Shown piece by piece: positions 43,385 to 53,627 of a stretch of DNA of 64,000 nucleotides. Origin of the DNA: a virus (taxonomy: Duplodnaviria; Caudoviricetes); IMG/VR virus record IMGVR_UViG_3300028805_000061. One strand, 5' to 3'. Below the pieces are notes generated by a model. It had not been told where the DNA came from, made no database searches, and worked only from the letters and a program-made list of their open reading frames with translations. The number at the start of each line of letters is the position of its first letter. Position 1 is the stretch's first letter. The translations under genes were made by a program, and so were the position numbers.

Positions 43385-44119
43385 ATGATTATTACTTTAT
43401 TTGATAGATACAAAGAGAGTGATTTAATAAATAAAATGTGGGTAGCTGCTAGAACTTGTTATAGTGCAAATAATATAAGAGATTTAAAGATTGAAGCTGA
43501 AAATCTTACTATTGAAGAAAAATTAGACTTAATTAAAAAAGTATTTAAGTCTGGTCACTTATCAATTGCAGAACATATTTCTTTTACTTTTGGGATTTCA
43601 GGAATTAGTAGATCTTGTTCTCATCAATTAGTAAGAAATAGAATAGCCTCTTATTCTCAAGCTTCACAAAGATACATTAATTTTTCTGATAAAAGTTTTG
43701 ATTTTGTAACTCCTCCAGAAATAGATAAAAATCCAGAATTATTAGAAGAGTATATTAATTTTATGAATTTATGTAAAGAAAAATATGATAAATTTGTTAA
43801 AGCTGGTATAAAAGCTGAGGATGCTAGATTTGTTTTACCCAATGCAGCTTGTACTAATATATCTATGACTATGAATTTAAGAGAATTAATGCACGTTATG
43901 GGATTAAGACTTTGTTCAAGAGCTCAGTGGGAAATTAGACAAGTATTTCAAGAAATGCAAAAACAAACAATTGAACAATATCCTTTTCTAAAAGAATATT
44001 TACAACCTAATTGTGAACAATTGGGATTCTGCCCTGAAGGTCATGGGGCTTGTGGTAGAAAACCTAAGAAAAGTGAATTAATAGAATTATATAAAGAATC
44101 ACAAAAAGAAGATAAATAG
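43385..44119 (+). CDS. thyX: FAD-dependent thymidylate synthase
   Basis: GHLSIAEH, SRSCSHQLVRNR-x7-SQRY, EDARFVLP and RAQWEIR. Confidence 0.92.
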   Translation: MIITLFDRYKESDLINKMWVAARTCYSANNIRDLKIEAENLTIEEKLDLIKKVFKSGHLSIAEHISFTFGISGISRSCSHQLVRNRIASYSQASQRYINFSDKSFDFVTPPEIDKNPELLEEYINFMNLCKEKYDKFVKAGIKAEDARFVLPNAACTNISMTMNLRELMHVMGLRLCSRAQWEIRQVFQEMQKQTIEQYPFLKEYLQPNCEQLGFCPEGHGACGRKPKKSELIELYKESQKEDK

Positions 44120-44181
44120 GTCAAATTAATTTGAAACATAATAATAACTATATTAAATATAGTTATTATTTTGGAGGAAAA

Positions 44182-44769
44182 ATGACATTAGAAAGCACTA
44201 TATTACAATACCCTAAACCAAAACAGAGATATTTTGATGAAATGTATATGCAAATGGCAGTAAATATGGCTAAACTTTCCACTTGTGCAAGGGTTCAAGT
44301 TGGTGCTGTTTTAGTAATAGATGACAGGCCTTTGCTAAGTGGTTATAATGGATCACCAAGAGGACACCAGCATTGTATTGATATATTTCAAGAAAAATAT
44401 GAAAAATACTGTAGATCAAATAAAGAACCCATTAGTATATTTACTTTTAAAGATTTTATGAGTTTACCAGAAATAAAAGATGAACATGGTAAATTTTCTA
44501 GATTACATGAAGTACATGCTGAAATAAATATTATAGGTCAAGCTGCTTATAAGGGATTATCTACAAAAGGAGGTAAACTTTATGTAACATGTAGTCCTTG
44601 TAATGATTGTTGTAAATCTATATTAACAGCTGGAATAAAAGAAGTTGTATTTAAAGATTTATATGATAGAGAAACAGAAGGCTTAGAAATATTAGCTCAA
44701 TCAAAAGTATTGATAAGACAATTAATAATAGAGGATAGAGAAGTTAAGGAGAATTTACAATGGCAATAA
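44182..44769 (+). CDS. dCMP deaminase
   Basis: STC.R..VGAV, GYNG, HAE and SPCNDC; ggagg RBS favours start 44182. Confidence 0.9.
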   Translation: MTLESTILQYPKPKQRYFDEMYMQMAVNMAKLSTCARVQVGAVLVIDDRPLLSGYNGSPRGHQHCIDIFQEKYEKYCRSNKEPISIFTFKDFMSLPEIKDEHGKFSRLHEVHAEINIIGQAAYKGLSTKGGKLYVTCSPCNDCCKSILTAGIKEVVFKDLYDRETEGLEILAQSKVLIRQLIIEDREVKENLQWQ

Positions 44770-45715
44770 CGCATATTGATCCAGATTATAGAATTAAGTA
44801 TAAACATTTATTTAAAGAGAGAAAACCTTTTAGAAGCACAATGAGTACTATAAAAGATGAAATAGATAATATTCTTAAAGATTTTAATCAAGAAGTTGAT
44901 TCAGTATTCTATGCTGAAAATAAAATTTTAATTCCAGGGAAAGAGGGGAATCTTCCAAGACATGGTATAATAATTGAACATCAAGGAAAGAATGAAGATT
45001 TTGAAAGAGATTTTAATAATTATATAGAACATATAAAAGAATTAGCTAGAAAATTAGATAGTAAAACTTCAATATATGAATACTCCTTTAAAACAGAATT
45101 CACACAAAAAGATAAATGGGTTTTATATGAAGGAGATTATGTAGCTTATAATTTATCAATGTAAAGGAGATATAAAATGGCAAAGAAACAAAAGTTAACA
45201 GAAGAAGAAAAAGAACAATTGAGAATTGAACGTCATAATCAAATAATGGCTCTTTATAAAGTAGATAAAGATAAAGTAGAATTTCTTGGACAAGATAAAA
45301 AGAATTCTTATTTCCATAATCCAGATAATGATAGAATTCTTAGGGAAGCAGTTGAAAAAGCTCCATTTACAATTGATTTAAGAGCTTATACTGATATTTA
45401 TATTTTAGACGTATTTATGGAAAAATCAAAGAGTTTTGTTACAATGATTAAAAGAGTAGCTGGTAAAGACTTAACTAATCCTAGATTAGAAGGTAAATCT
45501 CTTATTATGACTATTAATGGTGATGCTTATTATGGTTTAAGCGAACAAAGAAAAAAATACTATTTCTTAAAAGAGTTATCTAGACTATCGTATAATGCTG
45601 AAAAAGAACAATATAAGATTTTAAAATATGAATATCAAAATAATGAAAATCTAATTGATTTATATGGTGTTCATCCAACTGAAGAAGCTATAGCAGATCT
45701 ATAAGGAGGAACATT

Positions 45716-45982
45716 ATGATAAAGAAGTATAGAAAGAAACCAGTAATAATAGAAGCTGTTCAATGGACTGGGGATAATGCTACAGAAATATATCTATTTT
45801 TCAAAACTGTATTGCATAATTATTATTTTGAAATAGATGAAGCTGATCAAGTTATCAGAATTGAAACATTAGAAGGAATAATGACAGCTAATAAAAATGA
45901 CTACATTATCAAAGGAGTGAAAAATGAATTTTATCCTTGTAAACCAGATATATTTGAACAAACTTATGAGGTAGTAGAATAA
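45716..45982 (+). CDS. Widespread small phage protein (YRKKPV...TLEG...YPCKPDIF family)
   Basis: Recognisable conserved motif set. Confidence 0.7.
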   Translation: MIKKYRKKPVIIEAVQWTGDNATEIYLFFKTVLHNYYFEIDEADQVIRIETLEGIMTANKNDYIIKGVKNEFYPCKPDIFEQTYEVVE

Positions 45983-46501
45983 TGAATTGGTTTGAAAAAA
46001 TAAGAGATAATTTAATTCCAATAGAAAAACTATATAACAAATTTTTCTATACAGATAAAGTAGCTTCTTTATTATTAAAACTTCCAATAAGTGAAGTAGG
46101 AGATGAGACTGCTTTAGTACAATTTTTAAGTAAAGGTTTTTCTAAATACAGTTTACTTAAATTATATAAAAAACAACAAAAATACGAATTATATATAAAT
46201 AAGGCAATGGCTAAATTTAGAGTATATGATTCAAATACTAGAAAATATATTCAACTAATAAGAATACAATATGGTCAAGGTATTGAATATTTGTTACTAG
46301 GAGAAATTTTAGAAAGAGATTATAAATTCAGTTTTAAATTTACTCCACAACAAATAGCTGAAGATAATGGTTATTTATTATGTACTCAAATAGAACAAGC
46401 ATTAAATAGAATGCCAGACTACTTTAAGGATAAAGATAAAAACACTCTTAGAGCTATTAGAAAAATGATAAAAGAAGAACAAATATTAAAGAAATTAGAA
46501 G

Positions 46502-47194
46502 ATGACGAATAAACAGTTGTTTTATGACAATATATATTTAAAACAATTTATAGAATTATATAAACAATGTAAGATAGCTTCTAATTTAACTAAAGTAAAC
46601 AATGAAGAAAAAAGGGTATTCTCTATTAAAAAGGGTTTACCCATTAAATTTGGTTGTACTAAAAAATTATTAAATTATATTCCACAAAAAGAAGGGATGT
46701 ATAATTTCTGGAAAGAGAATAAATATTTTTGGATTATTCCTTTAGAAATAATGCCAGAGAAAGTATATGGTTTTATTTTAAGAGGATATGAAAAACATTA
46801 TACTGTATTTAGACTAACTAACAATTTACCAGTATTATTTGGTTTATATGATTTTAAAGATTTTGAATTTGGAACTTCTCAGCCTATAATTCTTACAGAA
46901 GGCGTTAAAGATGCATTAGTATTAAAAACAATATATCCTTATACTATTTCATTAAATACAGCTGGACTTACAGTTAATAGTATACAAGTAGTTTCTAGTT
47001 TATCTAATAATTTTATTCTTATTTATGATAATGATAAACCAGGTAAAGAAGCTTCACAGAGAGACATAGAATCACTTACAGAATTAGGTTGTAAAGTTAT
47101 AAATATAATCCCCACTTTTAAAGATGTTGGAAAGTACATTGATAATCCTCTGCAATTAAAAATATTATATTCATCTATAAAACAATATTTATAA
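46502..47194 (+). CDS. DnaG-type primase catalytic (TOPRIM) domain without Zn finger
   Basis: YGFILR, LFGL, IILTEGVKDAL, IYDNDKPG and KD. Confidence 0.82.
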   Translation: MTNKQLFYDNIYLKQFIELYKQCKIASNLTKVNNEEKRVFSIKKGLPIKFGCTKKLLNYIPQKEGMYNFWKENKYFWIIPLEIMPEKVYGFILRGYEKHYTVFRLTNNLPVLFGLYDFKDFEFGTSQPIILTEGVKDALVLKTIYPYTISLNTAGLTVNSIQVVSSLSNNFILIYDNDKPGKEASQRDIESLTELGCKVINIIPTFKDVGKYIDNPLQLKILYSSIKQYL

Positions 47195-47222
47195 ATGATT
47201 TAATTTTTAAGAGGGTTTATAG

Positions 47223-47843
47223 ATGAATCCAGCAATTAAAAGAAATTTTTATAGACAATGTAAAGAAGACATTGATTGGTATATGGCCAATAATAGTAAA
47301 GAAGACTATGCAATGCTTTATAGATTGTTAGGGTCACCGGCTTCTTCAAAATTTGTTAATTTTGAAGGTAGAATGGCTGAAGATTTACTAAAAGAATTAA
47401 GAATGTATTTTGCAAATAAAATGAATGATAGACCAGGACCTGGTCCCCATCCTCATCCTGGTCCATGTCCACCGATCCCTATTCATGATTTAATTAAAAT
47501 TATGGAAGAAATATTTACAAAAGCTTCTACAACAAGACCTGGATTAATAAGAATAGCTACTGATGAAGAAGCATTAAAAGCTACTTCTATTGATACTGCA
47601 ATTACTCCACATACTTTAGCTTTATTTTTAGATACTAAAGGAATAGGAGAAACTTATGAATATGATCTAGGAGGAGTTGCTTCTAATCAGTGGGAGATTA
47701 ATCATAATCTAGGAAGATACCCTACAGTAATAGTAGTAGATAGTTCTGGTAGGGAAGTTATTACAGAAGTACAATATATTGATAAGAATAATTGTATAGT
47801 CTTTTCTAAAGGCGAATTTAAAGGTACAGCTTACTTAAATTAA
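47223..47843 (+). CDS. Fibre-associated structural protein
   Basis: Tail-fibre repeat AST..PGLIRIATDEEA...AITP; WEINHNLGRYPTV domain; Pro/His linker. Confidence 0.6.
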   Translation: MNPAIKRNFYRQCKEDIDWYMANNSKEDYAMLYRLLGSPASSKFVNFEGRMAEDLLKELRMYFANKMNDRPGPGPHPHPGPCPPIPIHDLIKIMEEIFTKASTTRPGLIRIATDEEALKATSIDTAITPHTLALFLDTKGIGETYEYDLGGVASNQWEINHNLGRYPTVIVVDSSGREVITEVQYIDKNNCIVFSKGEFKGTAYLN

Positions 47844-47865
47844 AATAATAAGGAGGAAAATTAAA

Positions 47866-49470
47866 ATGGCTAAAACCGTACTTTGTGATTTAAACTTAAA
47901 TCAAAATGAATTACAGAATGTTGTAATTCAAAATTTGGCAGATGCCCCAGTAAATCCAGTAGCTGGTCAACATTATTTTAATACAGTTGATCACATAGAA
48001 TATGTTTATGATGGTACTGCTTGGCGTAATTCTTTATCAACTGGAGATTACACTTTTCAAAATGGTATTATTGAATTAACTGGTGCTGATGCTGGTAAAG
48101 TTCAATTAAATATTGCTTCAGGAGATAATGCTGGTAATATTACATTAACAGCTAATGCAAATGGTTTAAAAGCAGATGTAGCAGAAGCAACTAATGCTTT
48201 AAAAGGTATTGTTCAATTTGCAACTGATGCTCAAGCTATTGCTGGGACAGCTGAAGATTTAGTAATTAATCCTAAACAATTAGCTACAGCAATTGATGGA
48301 GATATTGAATTAACTGATTTATCAATTGCAGCTGGTTCAACTGATTACTTAGAGTATAATAATACTAACGGTCAATTCGGTGCTAAAGTTGATACAACTG
48401 TTACAGATTCTTCTACAAACTTAGTTACTTCTGGAGCAGTAGCTACAGCAATTGCTAATTTTATTGAATTAACAGATCTTTCAATTGATTCTGGTTCTAC
48501 TAATTATTTAGGTTATAATAGTTCAACTGGTAAATTTTCAGCTAATGTTGATACAGTAGTTGGTACAGTAGATACAAATTTAGTTACTTCTGGAGCAGTA
48601 GAAACTGCAATTGCTAATTTTATTGAATTAACAGATCTTTCAGTTGCTTCAGCTTCAGCTAACTATTTAACTTACAATAATGCAAACGGAGAATTTGCAG
48701 TAAATGTTGATACTACAGTTACAGATTCTTCTACAAACTTAGTTACTTCCGGAGCAGTAGCTACAGCAATTGCTACAGCTTTAGTTGGTGGAGTTATTTA
48801 TCAAGGTACTTGGGACATTACTGGTGCTACTGATTTTTCAGGAATTACTCTTCCAGTTAAGAAAGGTTACTTATATTATGTAGCTGGTACCGGCCCTGTT
48901 ACAGTTGGTGGTATTGAATGGAATGCTGGAGACTATTTATTAGTTAATGAAGATGTTGCAGCTGGTGGTTCTTTATCTGGTAAAGTTGAAAAAATAGATA
49001 ACACAGAAGCTACAGATATTGTAAGATTAGATGCTACTCAAACATTAACTAATAAAACTATTGATTGTGCTACCTCTGGTGTTGGAGCTGGTAATAACGT
49101 TATTACTAATTTACCATTTAGTTCATTTGCAGCAGCTACAGTAGTTGATTCTACAGCTGGTATTGCAGCTACAGATTCTGCTTCAGATGTAAAAGTAGTT
49201 ACAGAAAAAGCAGTAGCAGCAGCATTAGATGATAAAGCTGGTAAATTGGTAGTAGCTAACACAGCAATTACACCTGATTCAGGAGTTGCTACTTGGAATA
49301 TTTCTAATACATTAGGTACTGCAGATGTAGTATTAATGATAAAAGAAGTAGCTACAGGTGATGAAGTAATAGCAGATGTAAAAGTTTCTGCAGAAAGCAT
49401 CATAATTAAATTTAATGCTTTAGCAGAAGTAGCAGCTAATACTTATAAAGCAGTTATTCTGGGTTGCTAA
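47866..49470 (+). CDS. Fibre protein with three internal repeats
   Basis: Three copies of IELTDLS...YL.YN...NLVTSGAV.TAI; fibre repeat EAT...KGIVQFATDAQA. Confidence 0.65.
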   Translation: MAKTVLCDLNLNQNELQNVVIQNLADAPVNPVAGQHYFNTVDHIEYVYDGTAWRNSLSTGDYTFQNGIIELTGADAGKVQLNIASGDNAGNITLTANANGLKADVAEATNALKGIVQFATDAQAIAGTAEDLVINPKQLATAIDGDIELTDLSIAAGSTDYLEYNNTNGQFGAKVDTTVTDSSTNLVTSGAVATAIANFIELTDLSIDSGSTNYLGYNSSTGKFSANVDTVVGTVDTNLVTSGAVETAIANFIELTDLSVASASANYLTYNNANGEFAVNVDTTVTDSSTNLVTSGAVATAIATALVGGVIYQGTWDITGATDFSGITLPVKKGYLYYVAGTGPVTVGGIEWNAGDYLLVNEDVAAGGSLSGKVEKIDNTEATDIVRLDATQTLTNKTIDCATSGVGAGNNVITNLPFSSFAAATVVDSTAGIAATDSASDVKVVTEKAVAAALDDKAGKLVVANTAITPDSGVATWNISNTLGTADVVLMIKEVATGDEVIADVKVSAESIIIKFNALAEVAANTYKAVILGC

Positions 49471-49516
49471 TAATCAAGAAATTCTAATTCTAAATTACTA
49501 ATAGGAAAAGTAAACA

Positions 49517-49729
49517 ATGAAATATTTGAATTTAGATATAGATAGTACTTTAGGAGGAGATAACGCTAGTGATAGCGTTATCCCTTCCCAAAAGGCTATA
49601 AAAACGTATGTTGATAATGCCGTTCCTCATATTACAGTAGAATCAGATGCCAATGGGAATGTTGTTTTGTCTACTGCTGGTATATATGTATCTGATGATG
49701 GTAGCGGAAATGTAGTTATAGAAATGTAA
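49517..49729 (+). CDS. Small fibre-associated protein
   Basis: ASDSVIPSQKAIKTYVD motif related to the other fibres. Confidence 0.55.
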   Translation: MKYLNLDIDSTLGGDNASDSVIPSQKAIKTYVDNAVPHITVESDANGNVVLSTAGIYVSDDGSGNVVIEM

Positions 49730-49742
49730 ATAGGGGTATAAA

Positions 49743-51482
49743 ATGACATCCAGTTTAAAAGAAATGAAAACCCTTAATTTTGGGGGTCCTGATACATATC
49801 AAATAATAGATGACACTGCTTTACATAGTAGTGATATTACTTCTACTTATTCAGCAACCGGTACTGCAGCAGTAAATGGTACAGCAGTAGCTTCAGCAAT
49901 AAGTGGTAAACAAGATTCAAGTACAGCAGTTACTTATAATGGTAGTGCTACTGGTGGAGTAAATCAAGGAGTTTATATAGACGCTAATGGTTTAGTTCAA
50001 CTTTGTGATGCTGTTACTTCTATATATTTAGCAACTGGTACAGCTCCAGTAAATGGTACAGCAATAGCATCAGCAATTGCTAATCTTGTTCATGATTCTA
50101 GAACAATAAATAATAAAGATTTGAGTTCTAATATTATTTTAGATGCTTCTGATGTTGGTGCTTTACCAAGTACTACAACAATTAATAGTTTAACAAATGA
50201 AGCCCAACAAAATGCTTTAAATTCAGGAGCTAATTCTACTAATATTGGACAAATAGCTACTAATACAAGTGATATATCTACTATTAATGATAAAATCCCT
50301 TCTGCTGCAACAACTCAAAATCAATTAGCAGATAAAGCTTTTGTTAATTCTACAGTTGCAACAAATACAGCTAATTTTATTGGTACATTTAGTAATATTC
50401 CTAGTTTGAATGCCTATTCTGGAACTGTTACTAATAATGATTATGCTTTTGTTGTAAATAGTGTAATTACTGATAGTGGTAATGATTGGGCAAGTTATTC
50501 TGCTTTAAATGCTTACACTAAAAGTTTACTTACAAATTTTGATTATGCTTGGGTTATAAATGGTACAAAATTTGATTTATATAGATTTGATATTATAGAA
50601 CAAACCTGGGATTTAAAAGTTTCTGATACTATAAAAGAAACAGTTACATTAAATACAGCTTATAATAGGTATAAAGCTACAGTATCTGATAGTACAACTA
50701 CTTGGGCTTATGAATTTACTTTAAATAATTCTAGTTTTACAGCTGATCAATGGGCAGCTATTACTTCAGGAATTACTTCTGGAGATGTAGCTTTAATTGC
50801 GACTGCATTACAATCAAGTGATGTAGTAAGTACTTATAATTCTTCTGGAACTGCTCCTATTAATGGTGCTGGGGTTGCTGCTGCATTAGCTACTTTAACA
50901 ATTCCTACTACTACAAATAGTGTAACATCTGGTGGAACTGCTGCTTTAACTTCAGGTGGTGCTTATACAAATTTAGTTAGAAGATTAAGTACTTCAGCTG
51001 CTACTGGTAGTACTTCACAAGGAGTTTATATAGATGCTAATGGTCAAGTTCAAACTTGTACAGCAGTAACATCTACTTATAATTCTTCTGGAACTGCTCC
51101 AGTAAATGGTACAGCAGTAGCATCTGCATTAAGCAATTTAAGCTTTGCTCCTATAAGTTCTATAACTACTCAAGATATTACTACTTTAAATAGCGGTACT
51201 ATAGCACTAACTTCAGGAGTTGCTATTTATAAACATACTCCATCAGCTGCTACTACTTATTCATTTAGTACTAGTAATTTAAGTTTAACAAGTTCAGTAG
51301 CTTATACTTTTGAATTACTTGTAATAATGACAAGCACAGCATACACTCTTACATTTCCTGCAAGTTTAACTTGGCAAGATGGAAGTGCTCCCGATTTAAG
51401 TGCAACTGGTACTTACTATTTTGCATTTAGAACAGTAAATGCTGGTACTAATTGGATTGGTAACTTACAAGGTAAATGGTAA
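49743..51482 (+). CDS. Tail fibre-like protein
   Basis: RTINNKDLSSNIILDASDVGAL fibre motif; repeated GTAPVNGTA; C-terminal ...GNLQGKW module. Confidence 0.7.
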   Translation: MTSSLKEMKTLNFGGPDTYQIIDDTALHSSDITSTYSATGTAAVNGTAVASAISGKQDSSTAVTYNGSATGGVNQGVYIDANGLVQLCDAVTSIYLATGTAPVNGTAIASAIANLVHDSRTINNKDLSSNIILDASDVGALPSTTTINSLTNEAQQNALNSGANSTNIGQIATNTSDISTINDKIPSAATTQNQLADKAFVNSTVATNTANFIGTFSNIPSLNAYSGTVTNNDYAFVVNSVITDSGNDWASYSALNAYTKSLLTNFDYAWVINGTKFDLYRFDIIEQTWDLKVSDTIKETVTLNTAYNRYKATVSDSTTTWAYEFTLNNSSFTADQWAAITSGITSGDVALIATALQSSDVVSTYNSSGTAPINGAGVAAALATLTIPTTTNSVTSGGTAALTSGGAYTNLVRRLSTSAATGSTSQGVYIDANGQVQTCTAVTSTYNSSGTAPVNGTAVASALSNLSFAPISSITTQDITTLNSGTIALTSGVAIYKHTPSAATTYSFSTSNLSLTSSVAYTFELLVIMTSTAYTLTFPASLTWQDGSAPDLSATGTYYFAFRTVNAGTNWIGNLQGKW

Positions 51483-51542
51483 TTTTTATAAATTAATACA
51501 TAAAATATAATAGAAAAATACTTTTAAAAGGAGTTTGGTAAA

Positions 51543-52763
51543 ATGGGTATAAAAACAAAATTGGAACCTCTTGGTGGATTCCAAAAAATTGCTGGTGGTG
51601 TAGAACCAAAAGTTGCTTGTTCAGATACTACAACTTGGTACTTAACTAACAACGGTAAACTTTATGGTTGCGGCTCTAATAGTAGCGGTCAGCAAAGTTC
51701 AAGTGATACATCAAATGTTACAACCTTTACCCAAAGAGCAACAAATGTAGCACAAGTTGCTTGCTCAGGTAATACAACTTGGTACTTAACTAACGATGGA
51801 AAACTTTATGGTTGCGGCTCTAATAACTACGGTCAGCAAGGTAGAGGAACATCAACACAGTGGGACATTACATTTTTTACTCAAAGAGCAACAAATGTAG
51901 CACAGATTGCTTGCTTAAGGGAAAAAACATGGTATCTAACTAATGACGGTAAACTCTATGGTTGCGGAAGAAATTATTACGGGGAACAAGGTTCAGGTAA
52001 TACAACAGAGGTTGCAAGTTTTACCCAAAGAGCAACAAATGTAGCACAGATTGCTTGTTTAGATAATACAACTTGGTATCTAACTAACGATGGTAAACTC
52101 TATGGTTGTGGATATGGTGGTAAGGGTGGGCAAGGTTCAGGAAATACCGATAATGTTCTAACTTTTACCCAAAGAGCAACAAATGTAGCGCAGATTGCTT
52201 GCTCAAGTTCTACAGCATGGTATGTAACAAATGATGGTAAACTCTATGGTTGCGGCTCTAATAGTGGCGGTCAGCAAGGTTCAGGAAATACAGATAATGT
52301 TCTAACCTTTACCCAAAGAGCAACGAATGTAGCACAGATTGCTTGCTCAAGTTCTACAACTTGGTACTTAACTAACGATGGTAAACTCTATGGTTGTGGA
52401 TGGGATGACTACGGTCAACAAGGTTCAGGTAATACAACGAATGTTACAACTTTTACCCAAAGAGCAAATAACGTAGCAAAAGTTATTTGTTCAGATGAGA
52501 CAACATGGTATTTAACTAATGATGGTAGACTCTATGGTTGCGGTCATAATTACTTCAAGCAACAAGGTGGAGATGGTGTATATTCTTCTGTTAAAACCTT
52601 TACCCGAAGAGCAAGTAATGTAGCGCAGGTTGCTTGCTCAGATGATACAACTTGGTACTTAACTAATAATGATGAACTCTATGGTTGTGGCCGGGGTTAC
52701 GAGGGTCAACAAGGTAATGGCAGTACTAGCGGTAATGTTACAACCTTCACAAAGCGAAAGTAA
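51543..52763 (+). CDS. RCC1/BLIP-II-like beta-propeller, putative receptor-binding protein
   Basis: Eight tandem ~48-aa (~144-bp) repeats ACS..TTWYLTNDGKLYGCGxNxxGQQG. Confidence 0.85.
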   Translation: MGIKTKLEPLGGFQKIAGGVEPKVACSDTTTWYLTNNGKLYGCGSNSSGQQSSSDTSNVTTFTQRATNVAQVACSGNTTWYLTNDGKLYGCGSNNYGQQGRGTSTQWDITFFTQRATNVAQIACLREKTWYLTNDGKLYGCGRNYYGEQGSGNTTEVASFTQRATNVAQIACLDNTTWYLTNDGKLYGCGYGGKGGQGSGNTDNVLTFTQRATNVAQIACSSSTAWYVTNDGKLYGCGSNSGGQQGSGNTDNVLTFTQRATNVAQIACSSSTTWYLTNDGKLYGCGWDDYGQQGSGNTTNVTTFTQRANNVAKVICSDETTWYLTNDGRLYGCGHNYFKQQGGDGVYSSVKTFTRRASNVAQVACSDDTTWYLTNNDELYGCGRGYEGQQGNGSTSGNVTTFTKRK

Positions 52764-52856
52764 GGAGAAACTAATAATTAACTACATACAGAGTAAACTC
52801 TAATACCTGCATATATACAAATTATAAATTTCAATTTATAGGAGAGACATATTAGT

Positions 52857-53627
52857 ATGCAAGTATTAGAGGATTTACCAACAATAGAAGAGAAGATTGA
52901 TAAATATGAAGAAGATTCATTGATAAAAAAAGAAGAAAATATTGATGAATCTCCTTTAACGTTTGAAGAAAAATTTAAAACATGGGACCCAGAAAAAGCT
53001 TTAAGAGTAAAAGATCCAAGAGCAAAAGCTTATGTACTAGATCAAATATTTTGGAATCATCCTTTACATCATCAAAGTCCAGAATTTTATACAAGAGTTT
53101 TAGGCTTTATTAAAAAAGCAATAGAAAGATATGGTATAGAGGAACAACAACAAGATGAAGATTTACCAGTTCAAATATATAGTAAAATTTGTGAAGCAAT
53201 AAAGGGTTGGTATGATCCTTACAAAGCAAATGTAGTAACATTTTTACATGCAGTATTATTTAATCATATTAAACTAAGAGCATACCATATTAAAAAATAT
53301 AAAGATGGAACATTTTATAATAGGTTTTATACATACGATAGTATTATAAAAAGCATTACAAAAAGTATAACTACAACAGATTATATAACACTAGATAATT
53401 ATTTTGATCACTTGAAGTACACTAAAGTAAACCCTTCTACAAGAGAGTATTTAAAAAATGACTTAATAAAAATTGCACCAAGAAACAACATATTATTTAA
53501 GGCGGTAGTATGGGAATTACTACAAAATAGTGAGGAGATGAACATTGGAAGGTACAATAATAAATTCACCAACAAGAGAGATACAGAAAGTATTAAAGCC
53601 AGAAGAGCAAAAATACGTAGATCTTAA
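52857..53627 (+). CDS. Second divergent sigma-like factor
   Basis: EDL..QIY..ICEAI..YDPYK....TFLH....NHI resembles sigma region 2.2-2.4. Confidence 0.45.
   Translation: MQVLEDLPTIEEKIDKYEEDSLIKKEENIDESPLTFEEKFKTWDPEKALRVKDPRAKAYVLDQIFWNHPLHHQSPEFYTRVLGFIKKAIERYGIEEQQQDEDLPVQIYSKICEAIKGWYDPYKANVVTFLHAVLFNHIKLRAYHIKKYKDGTFYNRFYTYDSIIKSITKSITTTDYITLDNYFDHLKYTKVNPSTREYLKNDLIKIAPRNNILFKAVVWELLQNSEEMNIGRYNNKFTNKRDTESIKARRAKIRRS

Noticed and set aside
51543-52763. Complete diversity-generating retroelement
   Set aside because: No reverse transcriptase, accessory gene or non-coding template repeat in the window.
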